NCBI GenBank assembly: GCA_964402515.1
Contig: CAYOCM010000002.1
Coordinates: 4,669 to 68,668, forward strand
From: an uncultured Ruminococcus sp.
GTDB lineage: Bacteria > Bacillota > Clostridia > Oscillospirales > CAG-382
Length of the DNA stretch: 64,000 nt
Reading direction: 5' to 3'
The notes under the pieces were generated by a model. That model searched no databases, was not told the origin of the DNA, and was given only the letters and a program-made list of their open reading frames with translations. Below are positions 44,669 to 54,651 of this stretch, piece by piece (position 1 is the first letter of the stretch; each line of letters opens with the position of its first letter). The position numbers and the translations under genes are program-made.

Positions 44669-45733
44669 ATGAAACAATTTAATATCGTTATACTCGGTCA
44701 GGGACGCAGCGGACGCGACATTCACGGTCTGCACCTTAAAAAAGATACCGAGAGGTTTAAAGTCGTCGGCGTCGCAGAGCCGATGAAAGAACGCCGCGAA
44801 AGAGCGGCAAAAGAATACGGCTGTGAGGTGTTCTGCGATTACAGCGAGATATTCGGCAGAAACGACATAGACCTTGTGGTCAACTCCACCCCCTCAAATA
44901 AGCATTATGCGATAACAAAAGACCTGCTTGAGCACGGTTTTAACGTTCTTTGCGAAAAACCCTGCGTGCCCACCGTCGCCGAATTCGACGACCTTGTCGA
45001 GACCGCAAAAAGATGCGGCAGACATCTGCTCGTATTTCAGCAGTCGCGCTTTGCCTGCTATTTTGAAAAAGTCAAAGAAGTCATCGCCTCGGGCAAGCTC
45101 GGCAGAATAGTGCATATCGGCATACAGTTCAACGGTTTTGCGCGCCGCTGGGACTGGCAATGCTGCCTTGACATGAACGGCGGCAACCTTGCAAACACCG
45201 GCCCTCATCCGCTAGATCAGGCGCTCAATCTGCTCGACTGCTATGACGAAATGCCCACCGTATTTTGCCATATGGACAGAGCAAACACTTTCGGTAACGC
45301 CGAAGACTATGTAAAACTGATACTCAAAGCCCCCGAAAGACCTATCATCGACCTGGATATCTCGTCATGCGACGCTTATCCCTGCTATACATACAAAGTC
45401 GAGGGTACTCGCGGCACGTTAAAAGGCAATATGTCGCACATCGATTATAAATATTTTATCGAATCGGAGGCACCGCAGCAGCATCTTATTCGCGAGACGC
45501 TTACCGACGGACCCGAAAAATTGCCGCTTTATTGCTCGGAGTCGCTCAAATGGTATGAAGAATCGTGGGACGGCGACCCGCAGGCTCCGTTTATTGCCGC
45601 CGTGCAGGAATATTATAACCAGATATACCTGCTGTTTACCGAAGGCAGAGAACACGATATCAAGCTTTATCAGGTAAGGCAGCAAATCGCCGTCATAAAC
45701 GAAGCACACAGACAAAATCCGCAGATAAACTGA
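44669..45733 (+). CDS. Gfo/Idh/MocA family oxidoreductase
   Basis: N-terminal Rossmann fold (FNIVILGQGRSGR), the EKP motif (LCEKPCVPT), and the family's typical C-terminal alpha/beta domain. Confidence 0.8.
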   Translation: MKQFNIVILGQGRSGRDIHGLHLKKDTERFKVVGVAEPMKERRERAAKEYGCEVFCDYSEIFGRNDIDLVVNSTPSNKHYAITKDLLEHGFNVLCEKPCVPTVAEFDDLVETAKRCGRHLLVFQQSRFACYFEKVKEVIASGKLGRIVHIGIQFNGFARRWDWQCCLDMNGGNLANTGPHPLDQALNLLDCYDEMPTVFCHMDRANTFGNAEDYVKLILKAPERPIIDLDISSCDAYPCYTYKVEGTRGTLKGNMSHIDYKYFIESEAPQQHLIRETLTDGPEKLPLYCSESLKWYEESWDGDPQAPFIAAVQEYYNQIYLLFTEGREHDIKLYQVRQQIAVINEAHRQNPQIN

Positions 45734-45751
45734 GATCAAAACATATAATAT

Positions 45752-45788
45752 AAAAAGTTCGGCAACGCTTTTGTTGCCGAACTTTTTT
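45752..45788. terminator. bidirectional terminator
   Basis: AAAAGTTCGGCAAC (45753-45766) pairs with GTTGCCGAACTTTT (45773-45786) around a 6-nt loop. Confidence 0.85.
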
Positions 45789-45795
45789 GCTGTTT

Positions 45796-47193
45796 TTAAA
45801 ACTCAAGTGCTTTTGCGATATAATCCGCAACCTCGCTTATAGGCATACGAACCTGTTGCATACTGTCACGGTCGCGAACGGTGACGCAGCCGTCGGTTTC
45901 GGTATCAAAGTCATAAGTAACGCAGAAAGGTGTGCCTATCTCGTCCTCGCGACGATAACGTTTGCCTATCGAACCGGCATCGTCAAAGTCGCACATAAAC
46001 TTTTTGCACAGGTCGTTATAGACGTTTCTCGCGTTGTCCGAAAGCTTCTTTGAAAGCGGCAACACGGCGCACTTATAAGGCGCAAGTGCGGGATGCAGAC
46101 GCAATACCGTGCGGGTATCGGGCTTTTCGGGTGTGCCTATATCTTCTTCGTCATATGCGTCGACAAGGAACGCCAGCGCCACTCTGTCACAGCCCAGCGA
46201 AGGCTCGACGACATACGGCACATATTTTTCGTTTGTTTCGGGGTCGAAATATGTCATATCTTCGCCCGAATGCTGCATATGAGCCTTAAGGTCAAAATCG
46301 GTACGTGATGCGACGCCCCACAGTTCGCCCCAGCCGAACGGGAACATAAACTCAAAGTCGGTGGTGGCGTTTGAATAATGCGCAAGTTCTTTGGGGTCAT
46401 GGTCGCGCATTCTGATATTGTCTTCTTTTATGCCGAGGTCAAGCAACCACTTGCGGCAATAGTCTTTCCAATATTTAAACCATTCGAGCTCGGTGCCGGG
46501 TTTGCAGAAAAATTCAAGTTCCATCTGCTCAAACTCGCGTATACGGAATATAAAGTTGCCCGGAGTTATCTCGTTTCTAAACGATTTGCCGACCTGCGCA
46601 ACGCCGAAAGGAAGCTTGCGACGGGTAGTGCGCTGAATGTTTTTAAAGTTGACAAATATGCCCTGCGCAGTCTCGGGACGCAGATACACCTCTGCCTGGC
46701 TGTCTTCGGTCACGCCCTGATGCGTTTTGAACATCATGTTGAATTTGCGTATGGGAGTAAAATCGCACTTTCCGCACGAGCAGGTCACGCCGTGCTCGGT
46801 GATATAGGCCGACAGTTCATCACCCGACATACCGTCAAGGCACATATCAATGCCGTGCTCTTTGTTCCATGCCTCGATAAGTTGGTCGGCACGGTAACGC
46901 ATTTTGCATGCGCGGCAGTCGATGAGGGGATCGTTAAAGTTTACGACATGTCCCGAAGCAACCCAGACCTCGCGGTTCATCAATATCGCGCTGTCAAGTC
47001 CGACGTTATAGCCGCTCTCTTGCACAAATTTGCGCAGCCACGCGCGTTTGATATTGTTTTTGAGTTCTACGCCGAGGGGACCGTAATCCCAAGCGTTGGC
47101 AAGACCGCCGTAGATCTCGCTGCCCGAATAGACAAAACCTCTGCCCTTGCAGAATGCAACAAGTTTTTCCATGGTTTTTTCGGTATTTTGCAT
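45796..47193 (-). CDS. glyQS: glycine--tRNA ligase (dimeric GlyQS type)
   Basis: [47 protein letters not shown] lies 9 nt before ATG 47193. Confidence 0.95.
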   Translation of the reverse strand: MQNTEKTMEKLVAFCKGRGFVYSGSEIYGGLANAWDYGPLGVELKNNIKRAWLRKFVQESGYNVGLDSAILMNREVWVASGHVVNFNDPLIDCRACKMRYRADQLIEAWNKEHGIDMCLDGMSGDELSAYITEHGVTCSCGKCDFTPIRKFNMMFKTHQGVTEDSQAEVYLRPETAQGIFVNFKNIQRTTRRKLPFGVAQVGKSFRNEITPGNFIFRIREFEQMELEFFCKPGTELEWFKYWKDYCRKWLLDLGIKEDNIRMRDHDPKELAHYSNATTDFEFMFPFGWGELWGVASRTDFDLKAHMQHSGEDMTYFDPETNEKYVPYVVEPSLGCDRVALAFLVDAYDEEDIGTPEKPDTRTVLRLHPALAPYKCAVLPLSKKLSDNARNVYNDLCKKFMCDFDDAGSIGKRYRREDEIGTPFCVTYDFDTETDGCVTVRDRDSMQQVRMPISEVADYIAKALEF

Positions 47194-47224
47194 AGGTAAT
47201 CGCTCCTTTAATTATTTTAACTTT

Positions 47225-49483
47225 TTATTCTGCAGATTGAATCTCGCCTGCCATACGGCTCATCTCGCGCTGTGCGCTGACAAGCTTATAATATCTGCCC
47301 TTGTTTGCCATCAGTTCGTCGTGCGTGCCGACCTCTTCAACCTCGCCTTTTTCAAGCACTATAAGCTTTGTGGCGTTGCGAAGCGTAGACAGCCTGTGCG
47401 CAATGGCAATAGTCGTTCTGCCCTCGATAAGTGCGGCAAGCGCGTCCTGAATGCGCCTTTCGGTCTCGGTATCAAGCGCCGATGTCGCCTCGTCAAGTAT
47501 CAGTATCTGCGGATCTTTTAATATTGCGCGTGCTATGGCAATGCGTTGCCTTTCGCCGCCCGACAGCGAATGACCGCCCTCACTGACGTAAGTGTTGTAT
47601 CCGTCGGGCTGTTTGACTATAAAATCGTGTGCACCGGAAAGTTTTGACGCGTGCAGTACCTCGTCTTTTGTCGCATCCGGTTTTGTATATACGATATTGC
47701 CGTATATAGTGCCTTTAAATAAGAATGTATCCTGCAACACCGCGCCTATCGATTCGCGCAGGGCGTGCTGTGAATAATTCTTTATATCTTTGCCGTCAAC
47801 GGTTATATTGCCGCCGTTGACATCATAAAGCCTCATCATCAGGTTTATCAGCGTAGACTTGCCCACACCGCTGCGTCCGACAATGCCCAACATCTCGCCT
47901 TTGCCAACATCAAAACTTACGTTTTTAAGCACTTTTTCATAGCTGTTGTATCCGAACGAAACGTCATTGAACGTAATATTGCCGTCTTTTATTTCGGTCA
48001 AAGCGTCGGTTTGGTCGGCAACCTCGATAGGCTCGTCAAGTATATCGAATATCTTTGTCAGCGCTATCGTCGTGCGCGCTATGCGGCGCGGCATAAATGC
48101 CATCCAACGAATAGGTCCGTAGATTATCGAAACATAGCTTGTAAACTCTATCAAAGTACCGAGAGTGTAACCGTCCTGTCCCGCTATGATACGGCTGCCC
48201 ACAAATATTATCGCGGCATATTCGCCGAAACTGAACATAAAGTTCATAAACGGCATTATCAGGTTCCAAACAAGTTCGTTGCGTTTTGAGATATCGGCAA
48301 CGCGCTTTGCCGACTTGTCAAAACGCGCTTCTTCATACCTTTCGGTGCCGAATATCTTGACCACGCGTATGCCCGAAAACACATCGTGCAAAAGCGAACC
48401 GGCTTCTTCTTCGACATTCCATTGGCGATGATATCCGCTAAAGGCAAAACGCCTTGCCGACGTAAACAAAAACACCATGGGAATGACCGGTATCAAAACA
48501 AGCAACGACAGTTTAAAGTCGGTAAACAGCATTATGCCGCCGACTCCGACGATGGTGGAGATCTGAAATATCAGGTCGGGCAATGTCGAAACGAGGAATT
48601 CTTTTATAGTGTCCGAGTCGCCGCTGAGCCTGGATATCAATTCGCCCGCAGAGCGGCGCATTATGCCTGCCAAAGACAGTTTTTGTATCTTGTCATACAA
48701 TGCGGCACGTATATCGACGAGCAATCCGTTGCCTGCTTTTGCCGTCATGCGACGGCGTATCATATTGAATACGGCGGTAAGCAATCCGCAGCCTGCCGTG
48801 GCAAGCACCAACAGCAGATATTCTGTCTCGGCGTTCGGATTTGAGATATTTGTCGCATCCGGTGAAAGATATCCGTCGACCATGGCACCGTTTATCTTGG
48901 GCAGTATCATACTGATGACCGTGCCCAAAAGCAACAGCACGGCGGTCATTATTATCTTAAAAGCATAAGGTTTTGCAAACGGAATTATGCGCGAATAAAG
49001 CTTGCGTTTGTTGACGCAGTGCGGGCATATATGCGAACCGTGCGGATATTGTTTGCCGCATTTGGGGCAATTTGTTTCGGGTTCTTCTTGCACCTCGGTC
49101 TTGTTTATAAAAGCGTTTGCAAGCGACGAAGCGCGCATCATTGCCTTTGACGACGACATATCGGAGCGGCAAAATTCGCGTTCGCTGCCATCGGATGCCG
49201 TATATTCTATCGAACAGCAACCTACCGAATTGACATATTTGACGTCTTTTATACCGTCAAGCGACAGTTTTGTTTCGGGCATGCCGAGCGATTTGTGCCA
49301 TAAATATCCGTCTGCATATGCCGCGGCGGCAAAAGTGCGCCCTTTTTCGTCAAGTGTGCAGGCAAACACCGCTTTTTTGTCGCCGCACGCGGCGGCAAGT
49401 TCGTCTTTAACCGCTTTTATTTCGGGCGATTCAATGACTTGCCCGTCTTTTTTGTTGCGGCTTAAAAGTGATTTGATACTCAT
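47225..49483 (-). CDS. ABC exporter (fused TMD-NBD) with an N-terminal soluble domain and zinc ribbon
   Basis: CPKCGKQYPHGSHICPHCVNK precedes 6 TM helices. The NBD has GRSGVGKST, LSGGERQRIAIARA, ILILDEATSALD and IAHRLS. Confidence 0.85.
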   Translation of the reverse strand: MSIKSLLSRNKKDGQVIESPEIKAVKDELAAACGDKKAVFACTLDEKGRTFAAAAYADGYLWHKSLGMPETKLSLDGIKDVKYVNSVGCCSIEYTASDGSEREFCRSDMSSSKAMMRASSLANAFINKTEVQEEPETNCPKCGKQYPHGSHICPHCVNKRKLYSRIIPFAKPYAFKIIMTAVLLLLGTVISMILPKINGAMVDGYLSPDATNISNPNAETEYLLLVLATAGCGLLTAVFNMIRRRMTAKAGNGLLVDIRAALYDKIQKLSLAGIMRRSAGELISRLSGDSDTIKEFLVSTLPDLIFQISTIVGVGGIMLFTDFKLSLLVLIPVIPMVFLFTSARRFAFSGYHRQWNVEEEAGSLLHDVFSGIRVVKIFGTERYEEARFDKSAKRVADISKRNELVWNLIMPFMNFMFSFGEYAAIIFVGSRIIAGQDGYTLGTLIEFTSYVSIIYGPIRWMAFMPRRIARTTIALTKIFDILDEPIEVADQTDALTEIKDGNITFNDVSFGYNSYEKVLKNVSFDVGKGEMLGIVGRSGVGKSTLINLMMRLYDVNGGNITVDGKDIKNYSQHALRESIGAVLQDTFLFKGTIYGNIVYTKPDATKDEVLHASKLSGAHDFIVKQPDGYNTYVSEGGHSLSGGERQRIAIARAILKDPQILILDEATSALDTETERRIQDALAALIEGRTTIAIAHRLSTLRNATKLIVLEKGEVEEVGTHDELMANKGRYYKLVSAQREMSRMAGEIQSAE

Positions 49484-49485
49484 TT

Positions 49486-50046
49486 TTATAGATACAATTC
49501 TATCTTGCGATAGCTCTTTCTGTCAAGCGCTCCGACATCTTTTATCGAAAATCTGTTGCCGTCGGAATCGTTTAAAATAAGGCGCGTTTCGCTTATGCGA
49601 ATAATATTGCGATATGTATCCTGCATCGAAAAACGCATCCTGCCGTTGTCTGTCTCGACATCCCAATAAGACGTGCCGAGTTTTTCTTTAACAGAATAAA
49701 TGCGGGTTATCTCGGGACAGAAATATTTGCGCGCCAATTCTTTTTTAATAATCTCGGCCTGCTCGCCGTCGAAATCCGACAGGCGTCTGATGACTCCGTA
49801 TTCTTTGCCGTCACGGTCGAGCACGGCGATATATTCGTCGGGCGTCTCAAACGGAAACATGCGGTGGAACCACACCCTGCCCAGTTCTTGCCAAACGGGT
49901 TCGCCCGCGGGCTTGCCGTCAAGGTCATCCTCTTTTACCGGCGGCAAAAACGCCTTAAGGCATGCAAATCCGCCCTCGGTCATTCCGAAAACGGCGTTGC
50001 TTTTGTCAAGATATGTCAGTTGTATATAATCAAGAAATCCTGCCAT
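49486..50046 (-). CDS. DUF1854 domain protein
   Basis: FPFETPDEYIAVLDRDGKEYGVIRRL...LARKYFCPEITRIYSVKE...WDVETDNG...DSDGNRFSIKDVGALDRKS matches my recollection of DUF1854, a family typically encoded between paired ABC exporter genes. Confidence 0.7.
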   Translation of the reverse strand: MAGFLDYIQLTYLDKSNAVFGMTEGGFACLKAFLPPVKEDDLDGKPAGEPVWQELGRVWFHRMFPFETPDEYIAVLDRDGKEYGVIRRLSDFDGEQAEIIKKELARKYFCPEITRIYSVKEKLGTSYWDVETDNGRMRFSMQDTYRNIIRISETRLILNDSDGNRFSIKDVGALDRKSYRKIELYL

Positions 50047-50069
50047 TTTACAGCACCCCTTTTTTAAAA

Positions 50070-52448
50070 TTATTGCGGCGGAGGTCCCGGAGGAGGTCCG
50101 CCCGGACCGCCGGGCCCGTGGCCTTCAGCACCGGCATATGCCTCGTCGCCTATACCTATCATTTTAAGCGCCTCGGTCTGCATTTTATAAAGCTTATAAT
50201 AAACGCCGTTCATTGCGATAAGCTCGTCCACCGTGCCGCGTTCGACAACCCTGCCGTTTTCGATAACTATCAGGCTGTCGGCGTCACGAAGCGTGGATAA
50301 CCTGTGAGCGATGATTATGGTCGTTCTGCCTTTTGAAAGCTTCGAGAGTGCCTCGCTTATATGTCTTTCGGTCTGGGTGTCCATAGCGGCGGTAGCTTCG
50401 TCAAGTATCAATATGCGCGGGTCTTTTAATATGGCGCGCGCTATCGAAACACGCTGTCTTTCGCCGCCCGAAAGTTCTTTGTGTCCGAACCCTATCATAG
50501 TGTCGTATCCGTCGGGATATTTGACTATAAACGAATGTGCTCCCGCCATTTTTGATGCGGCAACGACCTCTTCAAATGTGGCGTCGGGACGCGCATAGCG
50601 TATATTGTCAAGCAAAGAGCCTTTAAACAGATATGTTTCCTGGCTGACTATGGCAAGGTTTTTGCGCAGTGACGTCATGGTGCAGTCACGCACGTCGACA
50701 CCGTCTATCTTTATGCTGCCGCGCTCGACATCATAAAGCCTTGCCAAAAGGTTGACTATGGTCGACTTGCCCGCGCCGGTATGGCCGACTATGCCCAGCG
50801 TATGTCCAGCCTCGATCTTAAACGAAACGTTGTCTATGATACGTCTTGTATCGGCATATGAAAAATATACACCGTCAAATTCAACATCGCCTTTAACCGT
50901 TCCCAGGTCGACGGCATTTTCTTTTTCGATAACATCGGGCACTGCCGACGTTATCTGAAACAGTCTGTGCAAAGCGTTAAGGCAGCTGCTCCACCAGTTT
51001 GCGACGTCGGCAAGCGTCTCGATAGGGTCAAACATCATCGAGAAATATGCGACAAACGACATCAGCGTGCCGTAGTCCATGCCTTCTCCGCCCGATGTAT
51101 AGCGCATTACCGAGAGGCCGCCTATGGCCCAGACGATATAAGAGCCTATTTTGAATAAAAAGAATATAAACGGGAATATCGACGCCTGCTTTACCGACAG
51201 TTCGGTGGATACCTCGGCAGAACCGCGGCTGCGGCTGTCAAACCTGCGCTTTTCATCCTCTTCGCGCGAGAACACTTTGACCACTCTCATGCCGTTAAGC
51301 ACATCGGATATCAACGAGTTGAGCGAACGGCGGCGCGAATAATCTTTTATATAAAGCTTGTCAAACACGTCATAAAGCCACTTGAACAAAAAGAAGAACA
51401 CCGGCACCGTGACAAACGCATACAGCGCAAGTATCGGGTCAAGCAAAAGCATTATGACAAACACCAGCACAAGTTGAACGATATTTAATACAAAATAGGG
51501 AAATCCGTCGCAGAAAAACCAATACATCGTCTGCGAGTCAGAGTTTATCTGCGTCATCAAACCGCCCGTCTGCCGGTTTGTAAAAAACGACAGCGAAAGC
51601 CTGCTGATAGCGTCGAATATCTGCTTTTTAAGGTCATAAGTGACATCGGCAGACACCTTGGCGCTGATAGAGCCGTTGACAAGTTGCACAAGCAACATAA
51701 CTATTCTTATGCCTACCATAAGCGCAACTATCTGCCATATCTTGCCGTAATACCTGCCGCCTTCGGTAAGAACGTCGTTATAAAATATGCTGTTGCTGAT
51801 ATACGGTGTCAGGGCGCCCAGCGCCGATATCGCCGCCAACGACAAAATTACGGTCAAAATGCTGCCCTTATACCTTAAAAACACACCCGCAAGCTGTTTG
51901 ATAAGCTTGACGCTGTCCATGCAATTGGGGCAAACTTTGCTTTCGATATCGGGATATCTTTCGCCGCACTTGGGACAATGATATTGATCGTAGCTGTCTT
52001 TTTTATAATTGGACTTGTCTATGTCGCCGGTTTCTTTAAATTCGGTGACCGCTTTTGCAAATACCGCAGAATCGTGGCGGTATCTGTTTGTATAATTAAA
52101 CAGTCTGTTGTCGACGTCTCCGATAGCGGCAACGGCGCAGCCTGTGGATATAAGCTGTTCGCATTTCACCTCGCTTATTTCGGAGATATCTATTTTTTCG
52201 CTGCGATCGAACACAAAACTTTCGGAACGTTTTTTTGAACCGTTGTATCTGCGTGAACCGTCGGCGGTTATCATTACCGTGCCCTCGGCGATATATATAT
52301 GACGTCTGTCGAACGCGACAAAGACGTCTTTGGGCGTTTCGTCACTGCCGAGGTCACTGCGCATTATAAACAGCGCGTCCGCGGCGTTAAGCCCCTGCGA
52401 CGCAAAATGCTGTTTTACAGATATCGGCAATTTGCATAATGCAACCAT
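50070..52448 (-). CDS. ABC exporter (fused TMD-NBD) with an N-terminal soluble domain, zinc ribbon and Pro/Gly tail
   Basis: CPKCGERYPDIESKVCPNCMD; GHTGAGKST, LSGGERQRVSIARA, ILILDEATAAMD, IAHRLS; the protein ends GHGPGGPGGPPPGPPPQ. GGAGG lies 8 nt before ATG 52448, and the track ATG 52466 reads through that SD. Confidence 0.85.
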   Translation of the reverse strand: MVALCKLPISVKQHFASQGLNAADALFIMRSDLGSDETPKDVFVAFDRRHIYIAEGTVMITADGSRRYNGSKKRSESFVFDRSEKIDISEISEVKCEQLISTGCAVAAIGDVDNRLFNYTNRYRHDSAVFAKAVTEFKETGDIDKSNYKKDSYDQYHCPKCGERYPDIESKVCPNCMDSVKLIKQLAGVFLRYKGSILTVILSLAAISALGALTPYISNSIFYNDVLTEGGRYYGKIWQIVALMVGIRIVMLLVQLVNGSISAKVSADVTYDLKKQIFDAISRLSLSFFTNRQTGGLMTQINSDSQTMYWFFCDGFPYFVLNIVQLVLVFVIMLLLDPILALYAFVTVPVFFFLFKWLYDVFDKLYIKDYSRRRSLNSLISDVLNGMRVVKVFSREEDEKRRFDSRSRGSAEVSTELSVKQASIFPFIFFLFKIGSYIVWAIGGLSVMRYTSGGEGMDYGTLMSFVAYFSMMFDPIETLADVANWWSSCLNALHRLFQITSAVPDVIEKENAVDLGTVKGDVEFDGVYFSYADTRRIIDNVSFKIEAGHTLGIVGHTGAGKSTIVNLLARLYDVERGSIKIDGVDVRDCTMTSLRKNLAIVSQETYLFKGSLLDNIRYARPDATFEEVVAASKMAGAHSFIVKYPDGYDTMIGFGHKELSGGERQRVSIARAILKDPRILILDEATAAMDTQTERHISEALSKLSKGRTTIIIAHRLSTLRDADSLIVIENGRVVERGTVDELIAMNGVYYKLYKMQTEALKMIGIGDEAYAGAEGHGPGGPGGPPPGPPPQ

Positions 52449-52478
52449 ACGACCGCCTCCTTTCATAACTTTTACATT

Positions 52479-54608
52479 TTACATCATCTTATCGTTAAAA
52501 TCAATAGCGAGTTTGGACACAGCACAAATGTTCTTGCAAATTTGGGCAAAATCACTTAATTTTTTGTCGTTTTTTGTGCTGTATGCCTCAAGCGGCGTTG
52601 CAAAAAAACGGCCGTATATATCCGGCACTGCGTTTTGCGGCAAGATATCGCCGCAAAGTTTGCGACCGAGCAATTTCATCTGCGGCAAAGTTATCGCCGC
52701 AAGCGTTTCATAGCAGTTGCCTATGCAATAATCCGAAGCTATATTCTTTTTAAACGCAGTCTCAAAGCAAGGGTTGACATCACTCTCGAGTTTTATGTCT
52801 TCAAGCGTTTTATAAGCGATATAGTCATCGTGCGTGCCCAAAAGTTCGGTATAATATTCAAGCGCTTTGCATATCGACTTATAAGGTGTAAGGTGATCGC
52901 CGCCGCAAAAATATGCTTTTTGCAAAACAAGCATTTCAAAATGCATAAACCTTGCCGCCGCGGTACGTGCGATGTCATAAAGAGCGCGTACGGCGTGAAT
53001 GTCGTCTTTAAACCGTGCGTATATATCGGCACACAGCGACAAAACAGTCGGAATGCCGTGCATGACTTTATAAAACCTCGGCAGATAAAATTCGGCTCGC
53101 GATATCTCTTTTGCCGTATATTCGTCAAAATCAAGGTTGTATCCGTAAGGCGACAACAAGACCGACGCAAAATATTCACGGTGCATATCGTATTCCGGAT
53201 GCTGTCTGTCAAGGCTGAATTTTTCAAGCGACGCTATGGGATAAAGCGTTTTTATCAGTTTTTGGGCATCCGAATCTGCGCCGAAAACTTCGTCGGAATA
53301 ACCTTGCAGTATCTCTTGCAAAGGCATATCTCCGCCGTATGTGCATTTGCGCGCAAGATATGACAGCATAACTCCGTCCCCGTGCGACAGTTCCTGCCAA
53401 TTGACAAGTCCCGAGCAAAAAACGTCGTTTTGCGTGCCTTTGAGCCGGCGCTCGATGAATTCATAATCGCCGCGTATATCATCCTGCGGGGCATAGGCGT
53501 GTATCAGGCCGAGCATATACGGAAACTTATTTTTAAGCCCCCAAGCCTCAAAACCCATATCCTGCCCGTCGGCGTCGACGGTATAATCAAATATAATGCT
53601 TTTTTGCGCGTCAAGCAAAGCGACAAACTCTTTTACTTCGTCCGCATACCAAAACATAGACATATCCCAACCTGCTATAAGCGTTTTTGCCGACGGATAT
53701 CTTTCGGCCGTGCGGCAGAGAGTGCGGCGCAAAACATCGGCTTTAAGCGCTATGCTCTGTTCGTGCGTGTCGCCGTATACTCTTTCGGCAAGCCCTATGG
53801 TATGAAACATATCTCCCATGCCGTTGTATTTTATGTCGGCATCGGTCAGTTTTTGATAAATATCAAGCCCCTCGTCTTTGCGCACATCAAATACCGAGAG
53901 TTCTTTTTGCGCATAAAGCTCGCCCGATTGGGCAAGATAAGACGGGTGGGCGCTGTCTGCAAAACTTTTTGGCGTGGGTGAATACCAGTGCGTCACGGCA
54001 CCGCAGTCGACGGCGTGTTTAAGGCCGCGTTCTCTTGCGTACGCAAGCACTTTACGTCTTAGTTCGCCGCGATATTCAAGACTCCAAAACAGACTGCGGT
54101 CATAAAAACCCTCTCTGTCGCTTTTCTGCGCGATATCGGGATAAGGGCAATATTCGGGGAACGCCTTTTGCCACAGATCATCATGCCCTATGCGCAACAT
54201 AAAAAAGTTAAATCCGTTTTTAATAAGATAATCCATCTCGCGTTTCCAATCTTCATATCCCCACATCTCGGCTCTGAAACGCTTAAGGCCTCGGTGTGCA
54301 AAATAACGCATTCCGCGCAAGGCGTATGCGGGCGTTATGTCTTTTTTAAACGTTTTGGGCGTCGCTTTTTCTTTGGGCAATCGGTCACAGTCCCAAAACC
54401 ATTTTGCGCCGTGAAACGCAAAATAGTCATATACGCCGTAAAGCAAAGCTATGCGGCCGCCCGCCGTTATCGCTACCTCGTTTTCGGATGCCGATATAAC
54501 TCGCCTTCCCTCGTCAAAGTCACTGTTTATGTTCATCATGGGTTTCGGCTTTGACGCAAGCATCAAAGACGCGTATTTATCAAATTCTTTAAGTGCGATA
54601 TCAAACAT
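52479..54608 (-). CDS. GH89 (alpha-N-acetylglucosaminidase)-like protein, no signal peptide
   Basis: MWGYEDWKREMDYLIKNGFNFFMLRIGHDDLWQKAF, IAGWDMSMFWY...IIFDYTVDADG and FPYMLGLIHAYAP parallel NAGLU TIM-barrel motifs as I recall them. The assignment is tentative. Confidence 0.5.
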   Translation of the reverse strand: MFDIALKEFDKYASLMLASKPKPMMNINSDFDEGRRVISASENEVAITAGGRIALLYGVYDYFAFHGAKWFWDCDRLPKEKATPKTFKKDITPAYALRGMRYFAHRGLKRFRAEMWGYEDWKREMDYLIKNGFNFFMLRIGHDDLWQKAFPEYCPYPDIAQKSDREGFYDRSLFWSLEYRGELRRKVLAYARERGLKHAVDCGAVTHWYSPTPKSFADSAHPSYLAQSGELYAQKELSVFDVRKDEGLDIYQKLTDADIKYNGMGDMFHTIGLAERVYGDTHEQSIALKADVLRRTLCRTAERYPSAKTLIAGWDMSMFWYADEVKEFVALLDAQKSIIFDYTVDADGQDMGFEAWGLKNKFPYMLGLIHAYAPQDDIRGDYEFIERRLKGTQNDVFCSGLVNWQELSHGDGVMLSYLARKCTYGGDMPLQEILQGYSDEVFGADSDAQKLIKTLYPIASLEKFSLDRQHPEYDMHREYFASVLLSPYGYNLDFDEYTAKEISRAEFYLPRFYKVMHGIPTVLSLCADIYARFKDDIHAVRALYDIARTAAARFMHFEMLVLQKAYFCGGDHLTPYKSICKALEYYTELLGTHDDYIAYKTLEDIKLESDVNPCFETAFKKNIASDYCIGNCYETLAAITLPQMKLLGRKLCGDILPQNAVPDIYGRFFATPLEAYSTKNDKKLSDFAQICKNICAVSKLAIDFNDKMM

Positions 54609-54651
54609 AATACACCCCGTAAATTAATATATCTCAAAAAGGAGTCGTTAA

